Positions 54,743 to 61,957 of a DNA stretch of 64,000 nucleotides are shown in pieces. A program made the translations under genes and the position numbers. The DNA lies in the NCBI GenBank assembly GCA_963765005.1, contig CAVXUP010000009.1:269609-333608 (forward strand). Direction: 5' to 3'. Numbering within the stretch: position 1 is the first letter of the stretch; every line of letters starts with the position of its first letter. The DNA comes from an uncultured Bacteroidales bacterium. GTDB taxonomy: Bacteria > Bacteroidota > Bacteroidia > Bacteroidales > VadinHA17. Below the pieces are notes generated by a model. That model did not search any database. It worked only from the letters and a program-made list of their open reading frames with translations, and was not told the origin of the DNA.

Positions 54743-56269
54743 ATGACAGAACTAAACAAAAAAATCAGTAAGTACAGGTGGACTATCTGTGCACTTGTAT
54801 TCTTTGCAACGACTGTAAACTATCTCGACAGACAGGTTCTCAGTCTCTTAAAGGATACTCTGGAAGTACAATTCAACTGGAGTGATTCAGATTATGCCAA
54901 TATTGTTTCAGCATTTCAGTTTGTCTATGCAATTTCAATGCTCTTTGCCGGCCGCTTCATAGACTGGCTTGGAACAAAATGGGGATATGCCTGGTCGCTG
55001 ATAATCTGGTCGCTGGCAGCAATGGGACATGCCCTTGCAAAGAGCACAGGCGGATTCATGATAGCCCGTGGTTTTCTCGGATTTGGAGAATCAGGCAACT
55101 TCCCGGCTGCTATCAAGACAACTGCAGAGTGGTTTCCCAAAAAAGAAAGAGCACTTGCAACAGGAATCTTTAATTCCGGCACCAATGTCGGCGCTATCCT
55201 TGCACCGATTGTTGTCCCATGGATAGTCGGTCATCTTGGATGGGAAGCAGCATTTATAATAATCGGAGCCATAGGATTCACATGGCTTATATTCTGGTTC
55301 TGGCTTTACGAAATACCGACAAGAAGCAAACGGGTTAGCAAGGCTGAATTTGACTATATCCATGCTGACAATTTTGATGAAGCAAACACTGCCATTCCTG
55401 AAAATACCGAAAAGGTACCCTGGTTCAAGCTTCTGAAATTCAAACAGACATGGGCCTTCAGCTTTGGTAAATTTATGACTGACGGAGTCTGGTGGTTTTA
55501 TTTATTCTGGCTGCCTGCATACCTGAAAGCTCAGTATGGAATGACCGGAATGCAGGTTGCATTCCCGCTGGCAGTATTATATACAATGTCAACAGTCGGC
55601 AGCATCACAGGCGGGTGGTTTCCCATGTACTTCATTAAAAAGGGCTATGACCCATATACCGGACGAATGAAAGCAATGCTTCTAATAGCAGTATTCCCTC
55701 TTCTTGTTCTTCTCGCCCAGCCTCTGGGAAGCATAAGCTACTGGATGCCTGTTTTGATAATCGGAGTTGGAACCGCTGCTCACCAGGCCTGGTCAGCTAA
55801 TATATTTACCACTGTTTCTGACATGTTCCCGAAAAAGACAGTTGCAAGTGTTACAGGAATTGGCGGCATGGCCGGCGGTATCGGAGGTATAGTAGTAAAC
55901 AAATCAGGAGGCTGGCTTTTTGACAGTTTCAGGGCAGGTGGAATAGCAAAATCCTGGATTGAGGCCCAGTCGCAAAACCTTGGTGAGTATGTGGATAAAA
56001 TAAGATCCATGAACCTGATGAACAAGTATGATGATGTTATCAATCTGGATAAAGTATCCCTGAATAATCTGCCCTCGGAAGTTGTGCAGCAACTGCAGGC
56101 CGTTGATCCGGCTATGTTTGATAAACTTAAGGCGATACAGGTCCCTATAGTACAGAGCAACATGACAACTGCTTATACTCTTGTCTTTGTCTTCTGTGCT
56201 TTGGCATACCTGATTGCCTGGGCTGTAATGCATTTTATGGTCCCAAAAATGAAAAAAGTTGAGATCTGA
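54743..56269 (+). CDS. exuT: MFS transporter, hexuronate (ExuT/ACS-family)-like
   Basis: YRWTICALVFFATTVNYLDRQVLS, GRFIDWLGTKWGY, 12 TM pattern, and the hexuronate gene context. A soluble insertion of about 80 aa precedes the last TM. Confidence 0.7.
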   Translation: MTELNKKISKYRWTICALVFFATTVNYLDRQVLSLLKDTLEVQFNWSDSDYANIVSAFQFVYAISMLFAGRFIDWLGTKWGYAWSLIIWSLAAMGHALAKSTGGFMIARGFLGFGESGNFPAAIKTTAEWFPKKERALATGIFNSGTNVGAILAPIVVPWIVGHLGWEAAFIIIGAIGFTWLIFWFWLYEIPTRSKRVSKAEFDYIHADNFDEANTAIPENTEKVPWFKLLKFKQTWAFSFGKFMTDGVWWFYLFWLPAYLKAQYGMTGMQVAFPLAVLYTMSTVGSITGGWFPMYFIKKGYDPYTGRMKAMLLIAVFPLLVLLAQPLGSISYWMPVLIIGVGTAAHQAWSANIFTTVSDMFPKKTVASVTGIGGMAGGIGGIVVNKSGGWLFDSFRAGGIAKSWIEAQSQNLGEYVDKIRSMNLMNKYDDVINLDKVSLNNLPSEVVQQLQAVDPAMFDKLKAIQVPIVQSNMTTAYTLVFVFCALAYLIAWAVMHFMVPKMKKVEI

Positions 56270-56275
56270 TTTCCT

Positions 56276-56340
56276 GAATGAAAATGTTAAGCATCCGGTT
56301 GATATTTCAGCCGGATGTTTCATTGAAAACATTTTTTATT
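56276..56340 (+). terminator. Structured region with a T-run after the transporter gene (rho-independent terminator candidate)
   Basis: catccgg (56292-98) pairs with ccggatg (56311-17). The outer gaaaatgtt pairs with aacattttt, followed by the T-run tttttt (56332-56337). Confidence 0.55.
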
Positions 56341-56348
56341 AATTCAAA

Positions 56349-57404
56349 ATGCCTCCCAAAAAAGCAAGGATAAAAGATATTGCCAGGCTTGCCGGTGTTT
56401 CAATAGGTACTGTTGACAGGGTGCTTCATAAAAGAGGTGAAGTTGCAGAAAAGACACTTGCCAGGGTCCAGAAGATTCTTAAGGAGACCAACTATTCCCC
56501 AAATGTAATGGCCCAGGTGCTTAAATCAAAAAGAAGTTTTCACCTGGTTTCCATACTGCCCAAGCCGACAGAGGATAACTCCTTCTGGAGCAAGCATCCT
56601 GAAGGAATGAGGCGAGCCATTTCAGAACTTGATCCATTTCCGGTTAGTCTCACCGAGATTACTTTTGATATGCAGAGTGAAAAAGACTTTCAGAAAAAAG
56701 CCTCTTCCCTTTTCGGTCTGAAACCTGATGGTGTAATCCTTGCTCCCATTTTTAAATCCGAATCAATTGTTTTTGCAGAGAGGCTGGCGAAGGAGAACAT
56801 TCCCCTTGTCTTTATTGACGGATTCATAGAAAACACTGAATTTCTTGCTTATATAGGTGAAAATATTTTTTCAAGCGGCAGGGTGGCCGGACAGCTTATC
56901 GACCTGGTAACACCTGAAACCAGGGATATCCTGATTGTTAACATAGCAAGAAACATCAGAAATGTTCATCACCTCGAAACCCGTGCCATGGGTTTCCAGA
57001 GCTTTTTCAACGACAATCACAACAGCAAGGGAAAACGTATAATGATTATGATACCTGATCCGTCAGTTCAGAGCATTAAAAAAGCAATGGACAATGCACT
57101 GAAGGAAAACCCTGAAATAGGATCAGTTTTCCTGACAGGATCAAGGTCGTATCTTATTGCAAATTACCTTCAGGAAAAAGGAATTGATACAATTAACCTT
57201 GTTGGTTATGATCTTCTCGACGAAAACATCGCGCCGCTGAGGACCGGAATCACCAGGTTCCTCCTAAACCAGCGTCCGGATGAGCAAACCTATAAAGCTG
57301 TAAAGAAGCTCTTTGAGTATCTGTCGATGCATAAGGTACCTGATAAAATTGAATATCTTCCGGTAGATATCGTAACTTCGGAAAATGTGGATTTCTATTT
57401 ATAG
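56349..57404 (+). CDS. LacI-family transcriptional regulator
   Basis: N-terminal HTH ARIKDIARLAGVSIGTVDRVLHKRGEVAEKTLARVQKILKETNYSPN, then a periplasmic-binding-fold sugar sensor domain. Confidence 0.9.
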   Translation: MPPKKARIKDIARLAGVSIGTVDRVLHKRGEVAEKTLARVQKILKETNYSPNVMAQVLKSKRSFHLVSILPKPTEDNSFWSKHPEGMRRAISELDPFPVSLTEITFDMQSEKDFQKKASSLFGLKPDGVILAPIFKSESIVFAERLAKENIPLVFIDGFIENTEFLAYIGENIFSSGRVAGQLIDLVTPETRDILIVNIARNIRNVHHLETRAMGFQSFFNDNHNSKGKRIMIMIPDPSVQSIKKAMDNALKENPEIGSVFLTGSRSYLIANYLQEKGIDTINLVGYDLLDENIAPLRTGITRFLLNQRPDEQTYKAVKKLFEYLSMHKVPDKIEYLPVDIVTSENVDFYL

Positions 57405-57405
57405 T

Positions 57406-57500
57406 CCAATTACCCAAAACATCACCAATGACCCCCAATTACCAATGACCAATTACCAATCACCAATCACCAATTACCATTACCAATCATAAATCACAAT
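57406..57500. repeat. Heptamer array (CCAATNA: TACCAAT/CACCAAT/GACCAAT, about 12 units)
   Basis: ccaattacccaaaacatcaccaatgacccccaattaccaatgaccaattaccaatcaccaatcaccaattaccattaccaatcataaatcacaat. Confidence 0.95.
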
Positions 57501-57507
57501 AAGAAAG

Positions 57508-58758
57508 ATGAAAACACTTGGCAAATATTCCATAGGAATGGGCGACAGATTCGGACACCAGGCAGGAGCCCAGCTTGCAGCGATAATAAAAGCAGCCGAC
57601 AATGGGGTCGAAATAACCCCTGTATGGAATAAATCAAACAGGGAACACACAACAATCGGGACTCTCCCATGGGATGTCCGGATTGAGGCTGATGCAGCTG
57701 TTAAAAAGGCAGGATACAGAAAACCATTTTTCGTCGATGCCGACCATATCAATTTTGATACAGTTGACAGGTTTATTGAGAGTTCTGACTTTTTCACCAT
57801 TGATGTTGCATCTTACATTGGAAAGACAGCCGAAGAGAAGAGTATTTCAGCATTTGTTGAGAGTGTGGAAAAGTATACGGGCGAATTGAAAATTTCGGGA
57901 ACCATGTCACTGAATACGACGAGGGAACAGATAAAATCGATAACCGGGAAATATCTTTTTGCTGCAATAAGGGCCGGAGAGATCTTCAGAAAGATTGAGA
58001 CGATTAAAGGCGAGGGAAAATTCGTCACTGAAGTATCAATGGATGAGGTGCCTGAACCTCAGACTCCGGTTGAACTTCTTTTTATTCTAAAGATGCTTTC
58101 AGATGAAAACATTCCGGTTCAGACAATTGCGCCGAAATTCTCCGGAAGGTTTAATAAGGGAGTCGACTATGTTGGCGATCCTCTTAAGTTTGCTGAGGAG
58201 TTTGAGGCAGACCTGCTGGTGATCGATTTTGCCGTGAAGGAATTCGGGTTGCCTGAGAATCTTAAGATGAGCATACATTCAGGTTCCGACAAATTTGCAA
58301 TTTACCCGCATATTGGTTCTGTAATCAGGAAATATGACAAGGGAATTCATCTGAAAACCGCTGGAACCACCTGGCTCGAAGAGGTTATAGGACTGGCTGT
58401 TTCGGGAGGAAAAGGACTTGAATTTGCCAAAGACATATATATCGGATCGCTTGAGGATATTGAGGAGTTATGCGCTCCATATGCTGACGTTATAGATATA
58501 AATACAGGCTTGCTCCCGGCAGCAGCTGACGTTAAATCGTGGAACGCTGAAAAGTTTGCCGATAGTCTGCGACATGTTCCGGGAAACAAAAACTATAATC
58601 CGAACATGAGGCAGCTTATTCATGTGGCATATAAGCTGGCAGCTAAAAGGATGGATGAATATTTCGCCCTGCTCGAAGCCAATGAAAAAGTAGTGTCACA
58701 ATGTGTTTTTGAAAACATCTACGACAGACATATCTGCCGCTTGTTCGATATCAGTTGA
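57508..58758 (+). CDS. uxaE: Tagaturonate/fructuronate epimerase (UxaE-family)-like protein
   Basis: YSIGMGDRFGHQAGAQL and FFVDADHI resemble the GDR-G and D-A-DH motifs I associate with the UxaE family. The size and hexuronate context fit. Not verified by search. Confidence 0.6.
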   Translation: MKTLGKYSIGMGDRFGHQAGAQLAAIIKAADNGVEITPVWNKSNREHTTIGTLPWDVRIEADAAVKKAGYRKPFFVDADHINFDTVDRFIESSDFFTIDVASYIGKTAEEKSISAFVESVEKYTGELKISGTMSLNTTREQIKSITGKYLFAAIRAGEIFRKIETIKGEGKFVTEVSMDEVPEPQTPVELLFILKMLSDENIPVQTIAPKFSGRFNKGVDYVGDPLKFAEEFEADLLVIDFAVKEFGLPENLKMSIHSGSDKFAIYPHIGSVIRKYDKGIHLKTAGTTWLEEVIGLAVSGGKGLEFAKDIYIGSLEDIEELCAPYADVIDINTGLLPAAADVKSWNAEKFADSLRHVPGNKNYNPNMRQLIHVAYKLAAKRMDEYFALLEANEKVVSQCVFENIYDRHICRLFDIS

Positions 58759-58777
58759 TAAGAATCACCCATAGTTA

Positions 58778-58840
58778 CGCTGGCGCGGATTTGTAATCCG
58801 TGCCTATTAATTTGGCCCCGATTACAAATCGGCGCCAGCG
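58778..58840. terminator. Long imperfect inverted repeat (20/21 bp) between convergent genes
   Basis: cgctggcgcggatttgtaatc (58778-58798) and gattacaaatcggcgccagcg (58820-58840), with a 21-nt loop. Confidence 0.7.
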
Positions 58841-58845
58841 GCAAA

Positions 58846-60039
58846 CTATTTATCAAGCTCGATCGCAGCCATTATGAAGGGCCCGACTCCCTTTGTATCG
58901 TTGATAAAGCGCTTTTCGTTGACATAATATTCATATGAACCGTCACGGTATGGATTGCCTCCCAGACCACAGCCTCCGCATATGTTTCTGAAGGTAATCA
59001 GTCCCTTCGCATCGACAGTTATAAGTTCTTTAACAATGCCATCGAATGAACTTTCCGCAATAGTCCGATACTTTTTGTCGAGATATCCTTTCCTCGCTCC
59101 TTTGGCGAAGACATAGGCATACATTGACGATCCCGATCCCTCAAGGTAATTGCCCTCCCTTCCGCCTTGATTAAGTACCTGATACCAGATGCCTGATTTT
59201 GGATCCCGCACTTTCAAAAGCGCATCGCATGTCTTCTGAAGAATGGAGATGAGCGCCGGCCTGTCAGGATGATTTTCGGGAAGGTAATCAAGGATCTCAA
59301 CAATGGCCATTATGTACCAGCCTGTCGCCCTGCTCCATGGATAATGAGATTTTCCGGTTGCAGGATCGCACCACTTCTGCGACCTGCTCTCATCCCATGC
59401 GTGCATGAGCATGCCGCTCGACGGATCAAGAGTATTCTCATAGATCATCTTTGTCTGTGCAGTTGCAACATCAAACCACTGGGGTGCATTGAACTCCTTT
59501 GCATACTGAGCCATAAAAGTCGATGCCATAAATATACCGTCGAGCCACATCTGCCAGGGATAAATCTTCTTATGCCAATACCCGCCGGTCTTAGTCTTTG
59601 GATGACTTTTAAGCTGTTCAATAAAGCCGTCGATGGCAATTTTATATCTCGTCTCAGGATTCCTCATATGAAGAGTCATCACATTTCTGCCCGGAAAGAT
59701 CCTGTCAAGGTTGTATTCCGACATTTTGTAATCAAGTACAGAGCCATCGGGTCTGACAAAATGATCAACCCAGGTTTTCATGTATTCATTATACTTCTTA
59801 TCAACAGTTCCCAGCCTGTCGATTGCCATTCCCAGTAAAGCTACGTCATAAGCCCACTTAGGATTTTTGTCAACGTAGTAGATCAGGCTGTCGGAAGTTG
59901 CAAGAACTGTATTTGCCATCCGTACCGACCACCTGGGTTCAGTTTTATCAGACTCCGTATTTGCAGCATTAACACCGATTAATGCCGAAGCAAGATAAAC
60001 GGCAAGAATAATCTTCTGGAATAGGGAATTTCTTTTCAT
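58846..60039 (-). CDS. GH105/GH88-family unsaturated uronyl hydrolase (second copy)
   Basis: Signal peptide. YPWQMWLDGIFMASTFMAQYA, RATGWYIMAIVE, GSGSSMYAYVFAKG. Confidence 0.85.
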   Translation of the reverse strand: MKRNSLFQKIILAVYLASALIGVNAANTESDKTEPRWSVRMANTVLATSDSLIYYVDKNPKWAYDVALLGMAIDRLGTVDKKYNEYMKTWVDHFVRPDGSVLDYKMSEYNLDRIFPGRNVMTLHMRNPETRYKIAIDGFIEQLKSHPKTKTGGYWHKKIYPWQMWLDGIFMASTFMAQYAKEFNAPQWFDVATAQTKMIYENTLDPSSGMLMHAWDESRSQKWCDPATGKSHYPWSRATGWYIMAIVEILDYLPENHPDRPALISILQKTCDALLKVRDPKSGIWYQVLNQGGREGNYLEGSGSSMYAYVFAKGARKGYLDKKYRTIAESSFDGIVKELITVDAKGLITFRNICGGCGLGGNPYRDGSYEYYVNEKRFINDTKGVGPFIMAAIELDK

Positions 60040-61886
60040 TTCAATATCGGATCAATCATAGTTTTCTTACCTGATAAATTTTTTGCCTCAGTCTGATGAA
60101 GATCGAAAACAATTACCTCATTCATACCATCTTTGAGGAAAGAAGCCGGGCAATATAGTCTGGTTTGCGGCCCTATGTTCCAGTATCTGCCAATATTACG
60201 GCCATTGACCCAGACAAGGCCCTTTGTGTAACCCGACATATCGACGAAGATATCGGCAGGCACAACACCAGCCGCAGCTGAAATTATAAAACTCCCTTTA
60301 AAGAACTGGCCAGGCTTTCCGGCAGATTTGCCTGATGACCTGAGGTTATAAATGAACTTCCTGTCCATAGGAAGGTTATACACTTTCCAGTTCATAAGCG
60401 TCATCCCGTTAAGAGTCACCCTGTCGGTGATCCCCTTCCTGTCGATCAGATTCTGTGCAAAATTAATTCGCCCCATTGCTTCGACAAGAATCTCAAGAAC
60501 AGGCATTTCAACATCGCTGGCCGGAATATCAATTGAATTGATGCCCTCCCTCCTGTCAAGCTTGCCTATATACTTTCCATTAAGAAAAACAGTTGCATAA
60601 TCATGCAGTTCCGTCACTGTCAGCTTTCCCTTTTTATGCCCGATAAGTTCTGTTTTATAGAGGATAAAACCATAGTCCTGGTTATACGCCTCAAAAGGTT
60701 TTGGCTGAACAGAAAGAACAGGCTGGGGAAGGTTGTCCCATACGCTTGTAAAAGGCTGCATTGGCAGATATCCGGTTTCAAGCGACAAAACAGGTTCAGG
60801 AACAGCAGGAAGCTTCTTCCCTTTAGGCAGATATGATTCCAATAATTTACGAAGAGCATGGTATTTGGGAGTTGCATTTCCCTGCTCATCTATCGGGGCA
60901 TCATAATCATAGCTCGTAATATCAGGTTCATAACCCTTTCCTCCAGAGTTTGCACCGGCAGTATATCCGAAGTTTGTGCCGCCATGGATTACATAGAAAT
61001 TGAATGATTTCTTATTATCCATGAGGAATTTTACCTCTTTAAGCAATTCGGAAGTGTCGGGCCTTGCCCATTTTTCGCCCCAGTGTGTCAGCCAGCCAGG
61101 GTAGGTTTCGCTGCTGAATACAGGAACTCCGGGATTCATCTTTTGGGCGAGTTCCCAGTGTGCAAGGGAGCTTCCTGAATCGAGACCAACGGCACTGCCT
61201 GGAAGGGATCCCGCCTCAAGCATATAGGCAGTCGGACCATCGCCTGTAAAAGTAGGAACATCAATTCCCAGGGATGTCCAGACCTCCTTCAGTCGGAAAA
61301 GGTAGTTCCGGTCATTTCCGAAACTGCCATATTCATTCTCAATCTGCACCATGAGTAAAGGACCTCCATTGGTTATAAGAAAGGGTTTGAGTTCCTCGGC
61401 AAGGCGGGTTATATACCGTTCTGCAGCAGCCATGTATCTCGGATCCATGCATCTCAGTTTAATATCAGGTATACGCAGGAGATAAGGCGGGATTCCGCCA
61501 AGTTCCCATTCAGCACATACGTATGGTCCCGGCCTTACTATCAGCCACATGTCTTCATCCTGTACTATTTTAAAGAACTCCTGAAGGTTGCGGTTTTCTG
61601 TTGTGAAGTCAAATACTCCCTCCTCCGATTCATGGTAATTCCAGAAAATATAGGCAGAGATTGTATTACATCCCATTGCCTTAGCCATTTGTATCCTGTG
61701 ACGCCAGTATTCTGACGGGATCCTTGCAGGATGCATCTCCCCGCTTATAATCTGATAGGGTTCCCGATCAAGAAGAAATTCAGTGGTTCCCAGAGTAAAA
61801 GTATGATTGGCTTTTTTCTTCTGAGCATTAAGAGAGAGAGGCACGATAATCAGCACCGCCAGAGCGAATATTACTTTTCTTAACAT
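60036..61886 (-). CDS. GH35-family beta-galactosidase
   Basis: FLLDREPYQIISGEMHPARIPSEYWRHRIQMAKAMGCNTISAYIFWNYHE, QIENEYGSFG (acid/base Glu), and the nucleophile region FSSETYPGWLTHWG. Confidence 0.92.
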   Translation of the reverse strand: MLRKVIFALAVLIIVPLSLNAQKKKANHTFTLGTTEFLLDREPYQIISGEMHPARIPSEYWRHRIQMAKAMGCNTISAYIFWNYHESEEGVFDFTTENRNLQEFFKIVQDEDMWLIVRPGPYVCAEWELGGIPPYLLRIPDIKLRCMDPRYMAAAERYITRLAEELKPFLITNGGPLLMVQIENEYGSFGNDRNYLFRLKEVWTSLGIDVPTFTGDGPTAYMLEAGSLPGSAVGLDSGSSLAHWELAQKMNPGVPVFSSETYPGWLTHWGEKWARPDTSELLKEVKFLMDNKKSFNFYVIHGGTNFGYTAGANSGGKGYEPDITSYDYDAPIDEQGNATPKYHALRKLLESYLPKGKKLPAVPEPVLSLETGYLPMQPFTSVWDNLPQPVLSVQPKPFEAYNQDYGFILYKTELIGHKKGKLTVTELHDYATVFLNGKYIGKLDRREGINSIDIPASDVEMPVLEILVEAMGRINFAQNLIDRKGITDRVTLNGMTLMNWKVYNLPMDRKFIYNLRSSGKSAGKPGQFFKGSFIISAAAGVVPADIFVDMSGYTKGLVWVNGRNIGRYWNIGPQTRLYCPASFLKDGMNEVIVFDLHQTEAKNLSGKKTMIDPILK

Positions 61887-61957
61887 AATATAATCTTTAT
61901 TGAATAGTTTTCACAAGCACCCGTCAATTCTTCAAAATTACATAATTACCCGATTCA

